NCBI GenBank assembly: GCA_965203745.1 | Contig: CBDBDK010000002.1 | Coordinates: 390,009-454,008 of the forward strand | Direction: 5' to 3' | Length of the DNA: 64,000 nt | Source of the DNA: an uncultured Candidatus Binatia bacterium | Lineage (GTDB): Bacteria > Desulfobacterota > Binatia > Bin18 | Shown here: piece by piece, positions 38,465-47,336 of the stretch | How the letters are laid out: every line of letters starts with the position of its first letter | Position numbering within the stretch: the stretch's first letter is position 1 | Position numbers and translations under genes: made by a program | The notes under the pieces: model-generated | Seen by the model: only the letters and a program-made list of their open reading frames with translations | Told to the model about the DNA's origin: nothing | Database searches by the model: none

Positions 38465-39723
38465 AGCGGCATCCTTGCGTCCTGACGCGCCTGCTCAATA
38501 CCGGTCTCGGGTTGCAGCCGTTCGTCGAGCGGCTTGCACCACCAGCGATTGTCGTCCTTCCACTCCGGCCACATATCGCGCAGGTGGGGCATGACTTGTT
38601 CGGCAAACAGCTTGGTCGAGTAGCGTGTTTTCCAGTCGGGCATATTACCGATATGGATCAGGCAGAAGATATGTCCCACGCGCAGCGACTTGATGAGTGC
38701 CTCCATGCGTTCGCGGACCGTGGCCGGGCTGCCGGCAATGATATAGCCCTCGTCAACCAGTTCTTTCCAGGTCAGGTTCGGAAACAGGCTTTGCATCTCC
38801 TCGCTCAAGGCGTTGAGCACATCCGCCTTGAGGGTCTTGATCGTGCGATAGCCCGGTGCGTCGGCAAAACCGCCGTGGACGTGCAAGCAGCGGTTATAGA
38901 AATAGCTGACATGCTCGGCGTACATCTCTTCGGCCTGCTGGTCGGTATCGGCCACGCAGATAGTCTGGGCAAATGCCGCCCGATAGGGCGACTCGTCTTT
39001 GCCGCGAGCGGCCACGCGATCCCAATAGCCGTCCAGCAGTTTCTTCCCGCGCAAATAGCCGGTGAAGGACAGGTAGGAGTAGTTGTAGTCGTTGTCCAGG
39101 CAGAAGTCCCAGGTTTCGACCGAGCCGCCACCGGGGATATAGATGGGCGGATTCGGCTTTTGAATGGGCTTGGGCCACAGGTTGACATAGCGGAGTTGAT
39201 TGTATTTGCCGTCAAAGGCGAACGGTTCTTCCTCGTGCCAGGCACGCATAACCAAGTCGTGCGCTTCGGCATATTTATCCCTGGTCAGACCCGGAATCTG
39301 GCCGTAGCAATAATTGGTGTCCATCGAGGTCCCGACCGGAAAGCCGGCCAGCAGGCGGCCGCCGGAAATGACGTCCAGCATGGCAAATTCTTCGGCCACC
39401 CGCAGCGGCGGGTTGTACAGGGCCAGCGAGTTGCCGATCACCGCCAGTGCGGCCTGGGACGTGCGCCGGGCCAGACCGGCGGCAATGATATTTGGGGAGG
39501 GCATCAGGCCGTAGCCGTTCTGGTGGTGCTCGTTGACGCCGATGCCGTCATAGCCGAGCGAGTCGGCGTATTCGAGTTGGTCCATATACTCGTGGTAGAC
39601 AAAGTGACCCTTGTTGGGGTCATACAGCTTATTGGGAATATCCACCCACACGGAGTGGTGTTCTTCGCGAAAATTATCCGGCAGACTCGGCCACGGCATG
39701 AGGTTAAACCACGTGAATTTCAT
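38461..39723 (-). CDS. LLM-class flavin-dependent oxidoreductase
   Basis: NEHHQ, RVAEEFAMLDVISGGR, WPKPIQKP. Confidence 0.92.
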   Translation of the reverse strand: MKFTWFNLMPWPSLPDNFREEHHSVWVDIPNKLYDPNKGHFVYHEYMDQLEYADSLGYDGIGVNEHHQNGYGLMPSPNIIAAGLARRTSQAALAVIGNSLALYNPPLRVAEEFAMLDVISGGRLLAGFPVGTSMDTNYCYGQIPGLTRDKYAEAHDLVMRAWHEEEPFAFDGKYNQLRYVNLWPKPIQKPNPPIYIPGGGSVETWDFCLDNDYNYSYLSFTGYLRGKKLLDGYWDRVAARGKDESPYRAAFAQTICVADTDQQAEEMYAEHVSYFYNRCLHVHGGFADAPGYRTIKTLKADVLNALSEEMQSLFPNLTWKELVDEGYIIAGSPATVRERMEALIKSLRVGHIFCLIHIGNMPDWKTRYSTKLFAEQVMPHLRDMWPEWKDDNRWWCKPLDERLQPETGIEQARQDARMPL

Positions 39724-39816
39724 TGCTTCCTCCGTTTCGTGGGTAATGTGTTTCCGACGATTGCCTTTCCCGAATCTAGCGGACCTGGGTGGAGAATTCT
39801 AGGCCGAAGGTCTTCC

Positions 39817-41997
39817 TCACGCCGCCTGTACCTTCCGTGGAGCGGTCAGCGTCTCCACCGCATTATGCATCAACCGCAGACCCAGGTCTTCCTGAAGCGT
39901 CAAGATGGACTCCGGATGAAACTGCACTGCGGCGATGGGCAGGTTGGTATGTTCAACTGCCATGACAACGCTGTCATCGCTCTCGGCGGTGACGCACAGG
40001 CAGGCGGGCAGGCTGTCCCGCACGGCAAACAGCGAGTGGTAACGCGCCGCCCGAAATGTTCCGGGGAGACTGTCGTACAGCCCGTTTCCAGCCAGGACGT
40101 GAATGCGTGACGGTTTACCGTGCATGGGATAGGGGAGCATTGCGAGTCTGCCCCCAAAGTACTCGACAATACCCTGGAGGCCGAGACACACGCCAAAGAC
40201 GGGCAGATGTCGTTTCAGTATGGCGCCGAGCGTCTCCGAGAGGTTGAAATCTCTGGGTTCCCCCGGGCCAGGCGAGAGGACAACCAGGTCGGGACGGTAG
40301 GTATCAAATTCGCACTCGGGAAAACCGGTTCGCAGGGTGAGGACCTCGGCTCCGGTTTGGCGTAGATAATTGGCCAGGGTATGGACAAAGGAATCCTGAT
40401 GGTCGATCAACAGAATTTTCTTATTCCGGCCAACAGGCGCTAGAGGCATACCTTTTTCTGGGGTAAAACCACGCGGACGGCGGATAGCGTCGAGAAAGGC
40501 AGAGGCTTTGATGTGGGTTTCTTCCTCCTCCGCCTGCGGGTCGGAGTCGTAGAGCAGGGTGGCGCCGGCCCGGACTTGGGCCACTCCGTCTTTCAGGCGA
40601 ATGGTCCGTAGCGTCAGGCCGGTATTCAGGTTGCCGTTAAACCCAATCAGGCCCACCGCGCCGCCGTACCAGGCGCGAGGCGATTTTTCGTGATCTTCAA
40701 TAAACTGCATGGCCCAGGCCTTGGGGGCGCCGGTGACGGTCACAGCCCACGTATGAGCCAAAAAGGCGTCGAGCGCGTCAAACTCGTCTCTGAGATAGCC
40801 CTCCACATGATCGACGGTATGGATCAGGCGGGAGTACATTTCGATTTGACGCCGCCCAATTACGCGGACGCTGCCCGGCTCACAAATGCGAGACTTGTCA
40901 TTGCGGTCCACGTCCGTACACATGGTCAGTTCGGACTCGTCTTTCTTTGAGGTCAGTAGTTCAAGAATCCGGTCGGCATCGGTGATAGCGTCCTGCCCGC
41001 GGGCAATGGTGCCCGATATGGGACAAGTCTCGACACGTCGGCTTTCGACCCGAACGTACATCTCGGGCGAGGCCCCCACCAAGTATTCCTCCTGTCCAAG
41101 GTTGATAAGAAAGCCGTAGGGCGACGGGTTGCGTTCCCGGAGTCGTCGGAACAGTTCCGCGGGCGAGGCCGGGCAGCCTTCAAAAAACGTTTGTCCGGGC
41201 ACCACCTCAAACAGGTCTCCCTTTTTGAAGGCTTCTTTGGCCACGGTGACCCCGGCGGCATATTCACCCGGCTCGTGGTCGCAGCCCGGCTTCACCTGCG
41301 AGTTGCCCTGATACGCTTGGCTTTCGCCGCTGCGGGGTATGCCATGCGTTGAGTGCCCGTCTATTTCAAACTCATAGCTGCGCCGCATCGCCCGCTCGCG
41401 TCGATGGTCAACCACAATCAATTCGTCAGGGAGATAGAGGACCAGGTCGCGCTGATCGGCCGGACGTTCCAAACGCAGCCGTATCGGCTCAAACTGAAAG
41501 GCGAGGTCGTAACCAAACGCACCATACAGACCCAGATGAGGCTCTGCGGTGCTATAAAAGAGTTGCACCAGTACGCGCAGCACGGAAAAAAGCGACGCTT
41601 GCTGACTGCGCTGCTCCTCTGGGAAGCGCTCACGCGTTGGTGTGACAGAGCCAATCAGATCCTGCCCCTGGACCTCCAACGAGGCGACGGCGGAAAGCTG
41701 CTCAATCATCGCGGTGATGGCCGGTAAGAGTAGGGTGCCGCGCTCGTTCAGAGCTGACACCCAAAAATTCAGGCCACGTCCCCCAATAGCCAAGGGCGGG
41801 TTGATAAAGCCCATATCCCAGCGGGTGTAGCGTCCGGGATATTCATAGCTTGAGGCAAATAGGGCCCCGCGCTGGCTGTCGAGCGCGTCCAGAACGGGCT
41901 CGATGGTGTCTGCCGCAGGCAGGTCGTCAATCACCCGATGAACGGTGATCCCCCCACGGGTATGGTAATGATCTGTGTGTTGGAGCAGGGATGTCAT
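39817..41997 (-). CDS. trpE: Fused anthranilate synthase TrpE(G)
   Basis: SSYEYPGRY, GASPE, CPISGT, TVTGAPK plus GATase domain DHQDSF, SPGPG, GVCLG, QFHPES. Confidence 0.95.
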   Translation of the reverse strand: MTSLLQHTDHYHTRGGITVHRVIDDLPAADTIEPVLDALDSQRGALFASSYEYPGRYTRWDMGFINPPLAIGGRGLNFWVSALNERGTLLLPAITAMIEQLSAVASLEVQGQDLIGSVTPTRERFPEEQRSQQASLFSVLRVLVQLFYSTAEPHLGLYGAFGYDLAFQFEPIRLRLERPADQRDLVLYLPDELIVVDHRRERAMRRSYEFEIDGHSTHGIPRSGESQAYQGNSQVKPGCDHEPGEYAAGVTVAKEAFKKGDLFEVVPGQTFFEGCPASPAELFRRLRERNPSPYGFLINLGQEEYLVGASPEMYVRVESRRVETCPISGTIARGQDAITDADRILELLTSKKDESELTMCTDVDRNDKSRICEPGSVRVIGRRQIEMYSRLIHTVDHVEGYLRDEFDALDAFLAHTWAVTVTGAPKAWAMQFIEDHEKSPRAWYGGAVGLIGFNGNLNTGLTLRTIRLKDGVAQVRAGATLLYDSDPQAEEEETHIKASAFLDAIRRPRGFTPEKGMPLAPVGRNKKILLIDHQDSFVHTLANYLRQTGAEVLTLRTGFPECEFDTYRPDLVVLSPGPGEPRDFNLSETLGAILKRHLPVFGVCLGLQGIVEYFGGRLAMLPYPMHGKPSRIHVLAGNGLYDSLPGTFRAARYHSLFAVRDSLPACLCVTAESDDSVVMAVEHTNLPIAAVQFHPESILTLQEDLGLRLMHNAVETLTAPRKVQAA

Positions 41998-42038
41998 ATT
42001 GGCCTCGCTATCCTCCATTGATGGAGCCGGGCCTATAC

Positions 42039-42073
42039 AAAAAAGGCCGCAACCTTGGGAGAGGCGGCGGCCT
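42039..42073 (-). terminator. Attenuator terminator 2
   Basis: AGGCCGC..GCGGCCT stem followed by U-tract on minus strand. Confidence 0.75.
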
Positions 42074-42112
42074 AAAAAATATGGAGCCGCCTCTCAGCGA
42101 AAAGGCGGCTCC
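42074..42112 (-). terminator. Attenuator terminator 1
   Basis: GGAGCCGCCT/AGGCGGCTCC 10-bp stem followed by AUAUUUUUU. Confidence 0.7.
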
Positions 42113-42128
42113 GATTTCAGTCGTTATC

Positions 42129-42209
42129 CTACGTCCGGGCCACCTCCTCAGGCAGCCACCACCAGTTCCGGTTATGCTGGAACAGATAATGGTTTGAACG
42201 ATTCATCAT
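42129..42209 (-). CDS. trpL: trp attenuation leader peptide MMNRSNHYLFQHNRNWWWLPEEVART
   Basis: Three tandem TGG codons upstream of trpE(G), followed by terminator hairpins. Confidence 0.88.
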   Translation of the reverse strand: MMNRSNHYLFQHNRNWWWLPEEVART

Positions 42210-42218
42210 AGATAGGCC

Positions 42219-42246
42219 ATTATACCTGGCACGAACAAAAAGACAA
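42219..42246 (-). promoter_or_regulatory. Sigma70-like promoter of trpL-trpE(G)
   Basis: TTGTCT-N16-TATAAT, 9 nt before the leader ATG. Confidence 0.6.
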
Positions 42247-42324
42247 TCACTCCTGAGAGCGCTGGGTTATGAGGCGTTTGCGCGCCTGTTGTGGAAGGTC
42301 TAGGACGTGAGTGAGAGGCAAACT

Positions 42325-42885
42325 ATGACCGGCAGCCAAATCTACCTCCGACCGCTGACAGGCGAGGATGCGGCGGCCTTTGTACCGTGGGTCAACGATG
42401 CTGAGGTGACCCGCACCCTGGCCGTCGGAGCGGCTGTTATGGACAGACAAGCGGAGCAGGCCTGGATTGAAAAGATGAATGCTAGTGGGAGCGATGTGCT
42501 TTTCGGCATTGTCGTCCAGGAGACCGACCGGCTTATTGGTTCGATCGAGCTGAATCAGATCGACTTTCGACATCGGAGCGCCAGCCTGGGCATGATGATT
42601 GGCGAGAAAAGTATGTGGGGCAAAGGGTATGGAACGGAGGCGACAAGGCTGGTGGTGCGCTATGCTTTCGAAGAACTCCATCTGAATCGTGTCCAACTCC
42701 ACGTGTACGAATATAATCTGCGCGGCATTCGCGTGTACGAAAAGGTCGGCTTCCGGCGGGAAGGCATGCTACGACAGGAGCATGTGTACGACGGTCGTTT
42801 TTGGGATACGGTCGTCATGGCGATCTTGCGTGAGGAATGGGAGGAAAAGCCGGCTTTGCCTGCGTCCGAGCCGAGCAAAACCTAA
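42325..42885 (+). CDS. GNAT acetyltransferase (RimJ/RimL family)
   Basis: IYLRPL, WGKGYGTEA, YEKVGFRREG; alternative GTG start 42307. Confidence 0.9.
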   Translation: MTGSQIYLRPLTGEDAAAFVPWVNDAEVTRTLAVGAAVMDRQAEQAWIEKMNASGSDVLFGIVVQETDRLIGSIELNQIDFRHRSASLGMMIGEKSMWGKGYGTEATRLVVRYAFEELHLNRVQLHVYEYNLRGIRVYEKVGFRREGMLRQEHVYDGRFWDTVVMAILREEWEEKPALPASEPSKT

Positions 42886-42887
42886 AA

Positions 42888-43043
42888 ATCCCCTCCTCGG
42901 AGGGGTGGCCGAAGGCCGGGGTGGGTCTCCCTGGCCAGCCCGACTAAACCCACCCCGCCGCTCACGCGGCACAAAGAGGAAACGTGTCCTTCAACAGACA
43001 GGTAGATGTTGACACGTTTCCTCTTTCCCTCCCAAGAGGGGAT
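42888..43043. repeat. REPIN-like repeat carrying a nested insertion
   Basis: Same family as 7965-8163 and 29403-29508. Confidence 0.8.
42973..43026. mobile_element. 54-bp palindromic miniature element (GAAACGTGTC..GACACGTTTC)
   Basis: Interrupts GGCAC/CCCTCC of the host repeat; second copy at 48584-48638. Confidence 0.6.
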
Positions 43044-43055
43044 ATGTAATAACGA

Positions 43056-43595
43056 ATGCGCAACCCCTTCCGTATTGGCACAGGCATCTATCTCCGCCCG
43101 CTGGAGCCTGAGGATGTTCCCAGCCTGACCGACTGGACAACCCAGCCGGCAATACAGACTGCTCTAGATCTCTTTTACCGTCCGTTAGACCAAGCCGCTA
43201 CAGAGCTGTTTCTGGAACGTACCAAGAGCGATATGCACGATATCGCTCTTGGGATTGTCGCGCAGGAAACGGAGACCCTGCTCGGTTTCATTGGCCTCAA
43301 TTGCATTGACCAGGAAAATCGCCACGTCCAATTAGGGTTTTTCCTTGGCGAGCGAAAGGTGGACGGTGAGCGCTGTCTGTCTGAGGCTGTCGACCTGATG
43401 ACACGCTATGTGTTTGCAGTCCTCGGTATGAACCGCCTGTGGCTGTACGTGGATGCCACGGAAGCCCGGACCATCAACCTGCTGGAACGCCAGGGCTTCG
43501 TCCGTGAAGCAACCCTGCGCCAGGACCGCTATCTTAATGGACGGTATTCCGACACCGTTGTGATGGGGCAGGTAAGGAGAGATGTGAGAGCATAA
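43056..43595 (+). CDS. GNAT acetyltransferase (RimJ/RimL family), divergent paralogue
   Basis: IYLRPLE, NRLWL, QGFVREA; acetyl-CoA loop degenerate. Confidence 0.8.
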   Translation: MRNPFRIGTGIYLRPLEPEDVPSLTDWTTQPAIQTALDLFYRPLDQAATELFLERTKSDMHDIALGIVAQETETLLGFIGLNCIDQENRHVQLGFFLGERKVDGERCLSEAVDLMTRYVFAVLGMNRLWLYVDATEARTINLLERQGFVREATLRQDRYLNGRYSDTVVMGQVRRDVRA

Positions 43596-43637
43596 CGTAT
43601 AGGAGTAAGCTTTCCGCCCCCAGCATGTTTCGTCCCT

Positions 43638-44828
43638 TTATCCCTTCGGTAACCCCAACACCCGCTCGCCCATGATATTCTTCTGAATCTCACTCGTTCC
43701 GCCGGCAATAGTATACTGCCGGGCGCTGAGGACCCGGTTAAACCAGCGTGGGGCGTCGGGGACGATGTCGGTCGCCTGCTCGGTAATGGCCGCGCCGGCG
43801 AGGAGTTCGCTGGCAAACGCGGCAATATCGATACCCAACTCCGAGCCGCACAGCTTCAGCATGGAGCCTTCCGGACCTGGGGGCAAACCCTTGAGCAACT
43901 TGGTCAGGCCGCGTAAGCGGGTGTATTTCAGGGCTTGGCTTTCAATGTGAAATTGGGTCAGCTGCTGCCGCACCCAGGACTGCTCCCAGGCCGGGCTCCC
44001 GTCGATGTGGACCTGTTGGGACAGTTCCACCAAACGGCCAATCTGATCGTCATAATTTGCGACCCCGGCATAGGCGCGCTCGAACATTAAGGTCGTCATG
44101 GCTACCTTCCAGCCCTGGTTGAGCGGGCCAACCAGGTTGGCCTTGGGCACGCGCACGTCTTCGAAAAAGACTTCGTTGAAATGTGAATGACCGTTCATCA
44201 GCACCAAGGGCCGAACCGTCACCCCAGGAGCCTGCATATTGACCAGTATATAACTGATGCCGCGATGCTTGGGCGCGTCCGGGTCGGTCCGAACCAGCAT
44301 GAAAATCCAGTCTGCGTACTGCGCGCCCGAAGTCCAGACCTTCTGGCCGTTAATGATGAAATCGTCGCCCTCGGCCACGGCCTTGGTTTGCAGACCGGCC
44401 AGGTCCGAGCCCGCACCGGGCTCGGAATACCCCTGACACCAGACATCATCGCCGTTCAGTATCCGCTTGAGGAAGCGTTCCTTTTGTTCGTCCGTGCCCC
44501 AGTGCATGAGCGTCGGACCGCACAGGGCAATGCCGGAGTAGCCGGGTAAGACCGGTGCATGGGCGTTTGTGTATTCTTCGTCAAAAATGACCTGTTCCAG
44601 CAGACCGGCGCCGCGACCGCCGTATTCTTTGGGCCAGGCAATACCGACCCAGCCGCTGTCGTACATGGTGCGCTGCCAGATACGGCGTTTTTCAAACGTT
44701 TCCCGGTCCGGGGCAACCCGCTCGTCTTTGGGGTCGTCGACACACAGGGCAGAGTCCAAATTCGCGGCCAGCCAATCACGGACTTCGGTCCGAAAGGCGT
44801 CCTGTTCAGGCGTGTATTGAAAATCCAT
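43638..44828 (-). CDS. Acyl-CoA dehydrogenase family protein
   Basis: WCQGYSEPGAGSDLA, NGQKVWTS, FNEVFF, IAGGTSEIQ. Confidence 0.93.
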   Translation of the reverse strand: MDFQYTPEQDAFRTEVRDWLAANLDSALCVDDPKDERVAPDRETFEKRRIWQRTMYDSGWVGIAWPKEYGGRGAGLLEQVIFDEEYTNAHAPVLPGYSGIALCGPTLMHWGTDEQKERFLKRILNGDDVWCQGYSEPGAGSDLAGLQTKAVAEGDDFIINGQKVWTSGAQYADWIFMLVRTDPDAPKHRGISYILVNMQAPGVTVRPLVLMNGHSHFNEVFFEDVRVPKANLVGPLNQGWKVAMTTLMFERAYAGVANYDDQIGRLVELSQQVHIDGSPAWEQSWVRQQLTQFHIESQALKYTRLRGLTKLLKGLPPGPEGSMLKLCGSELGIDIAAFASELLAGAAITEQATDIVPDAPRWFNRVLSARQYTIAGGTSEIQKNIMGERVLGLPKG

Positions 44829-44861
44829 GTGCTTTCCCTCTTCGTTTTGTACTGAGGCCGT

Positions 44862-45902
44862 TTACGCCAGCGTCTTGAGGGCGGGCAAGACTTCTTCGCC
44901 CAGCCGCTGGATGCATTCGATGACCTGCTCCGGCTTTGGTCCCATGGGTACCCGGCAGCGTAGCACGAAATGCTCGACCCCGAGTTCTTTTTGCCACAGG
45001 CTGAGGTGTTCGAGCCAGTCGTCTTTAGTGCCTATCACCATATAGGGGAGAACTTTATCCAGGGTGAAATCCGCTTCTGAGCGAAAATCTTTGGTCGGCG
45101 TGAGCATGCCCATGCGCAGATAAAACTTGCACTCCTCAAGCCAGAGCCGGCCAAACGTCTCTTCGGCTTCCTCCATGCTGGAGGCCAGCCAGCCGTCCCG
45201 CAAGAGCGCCACATGCGGTGTTTTTCCAGCTTTTATTGCCGCCTCCTGATAGATTTCCAGTTGGCCTTTGAGGGTGTCAAAGGTGTCAAAAAACGGCGCC
45301 ATCGACCAGACGTCGCCCAAGCGCCCGGCCCGGGCGATGGATTTCGGGCCAAATGCGCCTATCCAAATGGGAGGGCGGGGTTTTTGGTAGGGCTTGGGCG
45401 TAATGTGGATCGCATCATAATCGTAATACCGACCGTGGTGGGCAACCGGCCCCGGTGTGGTCCAGGCCTTGTGCATGATGTCGAGACACTCCTCAAAGCG
45501 ACCCTCGCGTTGCCGAATCGATACACCAAAGTGGTTGAAGTAATCGATATGATAGCCCACTCCCACGCCCATGATGAGGCGACCGCGCGACAGAACATCA
45601 ATCATGGCGGCCTGCTCGGCCAGATGGACCGGATGATACAGGGGCGGCATGATGACGTAGGAGCCGATCTTAACGCGCCCGGTACGGGCGGCCAGCGCGG
45701 CCATGAGGGTGAGAGTCGAGGGAAACATGCATTCCGTGCGGGCGTGTCGTTCCGGCACAAACAGGGCGTCAAAGCCGGCCTGTTCTGCCTGCTCGGCCTC
45801 GTTGAGCAATTGCTGGGCAAAATCGGCCGAACGCTCCGGGTCGGGTTCTGGTTGTTGATACGGGCCACCGTGGGTATCGGGAACATAGCCAACCGAAATC
45901 AT
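44862..45902 (-). CDS. LLM-class flavin-dependent oxidoreductase
   Basis: PERH, HLAEQAAMIDVLSRGR, PKPYQKPRPPIWIG. Confidence 0.9.
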   Translation of the reverse strand: MISVGYVPDTHGGPYQQPEPDPERSADFAQQLLNEAEQAEQAGFDALFVPERHARTECMFPSTLTLMAALAARTGRVKIGSYVIMPPLYHPVHLAEQAAMIDVLSRGRLIMGVGVGYHIDYFNHFGVSIRQREGRFEECLDIMHKAWTTPGPVAHHGRYYDYDAIHITPKPYQKPRPPIWIGAFGPKSIARAGRLGDVWSMAPFFDTFDTLKGQLEIYQEAAIKAGKTPHVALLRDGWLASSMEEAEETFGRLWLEECKFYLRMGMLTPTKDFRSEADFTLDKVLPYMVIGTKDDWLEHLSLWQKELGVEHFVLRCRVPMGPKPEQVIECIQRLGEEVLPALKTLA

Positions 45903-46068
45903 CCTGCCTCCTTTTGCATCACCTGCGCCGGAACGTCCAACTTTATATACGCGCTTGATCCGGCGGGCTCAATGCGAGGGGACTGGCTTGACCTGTGACA
46001 GCGGTGTCCAATAGGTAAGGGAAGAGCGGAGTGCATACCCGCAGCATCGACCAAGGAAAGGGCAAGGT

Positions 46069-46740
46069 ATGATCAAACTCATGTCATTTTTTAAGCGCAA
46101 ATCGGGCATGTCGGTCGAAGCCTTCCAGGAGTACTGGCGGACGAAACATGCCGACGTGGTCGTCAAGCTGCCAGGTATTCAGCGCTATGTGCAGTCGCAT
46201 ACGCTGCTGTCCGGCTATCGCAAGGGAGAGCCGGTCTACGACGGCGTGGCCGAGGTGTGGGTCGAGGATACCCAGGTACTGCGAGACCAGGCCGAGACGC
46301 CGGAATACGTCGCGGTCCGGGCTGATGAGCCGAATTTTATCGACCTCTCAACCATGGGCAGCATTATCACCCAGGAGCATACGATCAAGGATGAGAGTGT
46401 CCCGCCCAATGCGGTCAAGAACATGGAGTTTGTCACGCATCGGGCCGACCTCTCGATTGAGGCGTTTCAAAAACACTGGCGGGAAGTCCACGGTCCGCTT
46501 GGTGCGGCCATTCCGGTGGTCAGACGCTATGTGCAGAGCCATACCCGACTCTCTGCGTATAAAGCCGGAAAAACGCCCATCTATGATGGGGTGGCCATTA
46601 CCTGGTTTGCCGACACGCAGGCCATGCGGACCTCAGCATCCTTACCCGAATATACGGCAACGCGGGCGGATGAAGCCAACTTTATCGATGGCACCAAACT
46701 GCCGTTTATCATTACCCGCGAACACGTTATCGTGGGATAG
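46069..46740 (+). CDS. Tandem EthD-domain protein
   Basis: Two repeats of EAFQ.(Y/H)WR..H..RYVQSH..YDGVA..ADE.NFID. Confidence 0.9.
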   Translation: MIKLMSFFKRKSGMSVEAFQEYWRTKHADVVVKLPGIQRYVQSHTLLSGYRKGEPVYDGVAEVWVEDTQVLRDQAETPEYVAVRADEPNFIDLSTMGSIITQEHTIKDESVPPNAVKNMEFVTHRADLSIEAFQKHWREVHGPLGAAIPVVRRYVQSHTRLSAYKAGKTPIYDGVAITWFADTQAMRTSASLPEYTATRADEANFIDGTKLPFIITREHVIVG

Positions 46741-46746
46741 GCGCGA

Positions 46747-47229
46747 TCACGCTTCCGCTTCAAGCCGGTCGGTCATGGCCGGGAAGAGTTGCGAGCTGTC
46801 CATTTTTCCCTGCTGGCTGAAAAACGAGAGATTGCCGTCCTCGTCACACAGCCAGCATTCACGGGCACCCCTGGCAAAATACAAGGCGCGTTTCGCCGCC
46901 ATTTCCGCGTCGGAGTTGGAAGGGGATTGAATCTCGACACACACCTCAGGGGCCTCGATATAGGGCGTTGCGCCCCTATTGCGTTGCAGAAATGCGTCAG
47001 ACGCCCAGGCCACGTCAGCCACTTTCACGCCTTTGGCTGTCTCCACCGAACATTCGGTGAGGACCGTCCCGTCCGGCATATGACTCATCAGGTGAAAGGC
47101 AATTTTGGTTTGCAGATTGCCATGCCGATTGGAAGCCGGGCTCATGACGATATTTCCCCACTCGTTGAGTTCAATCTTGTACGGCAAATCCTGGAGCAGG
47201 GTATCCTTGCAGACTTCGTCCCACTTCAT
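46747..47229 (-). CDS. Uma2-family (PD-(D/E)xK) endonuclease-like protein
   Basis: MSPA..HG, ADVAW, APEVCVEIQSPSN, GARECWL. Confidence 0.88.
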   Translation of the reverse strand: MKWDEVCKDTLLQDLPYKIELNEWGNIVMSPASNRHGNLQTKIAFHLMSHMPDGTVLTECSVETAKGVKVADVAWASDAFLQRNRGATPYIEAPEVCVEIQSPSNSDAEMAAKRALYFARGARECWLCDEDGNLSFFSQQGKMDSSQLFPAMTDRLEAEA

Positions 47230-47336
47230 GGCAGTGTTCCCCCAGCAGATCTATCCTATCCCATCCCGTGTGATCTAATCAGGTGCCGCCAGGAATTTAG
47301 CCGTTCCCCTGCCAAAAAAGGATCGATTTTTTACAT

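Noticed and set aside
38512-40110. 532-aa + strand ORF (similar cases: 60288-61712, 22312-23271, 26139-27848, 29372-30328)
   Set aside because: Antisense shadows of well-supported genes in GC-rich DNA; no motifs.
46747-47229. Uma2 nuclease as part of a defence island
   Set aside because: Solitary gene of a commonly multicopy family with no methylase or defence neighbours.
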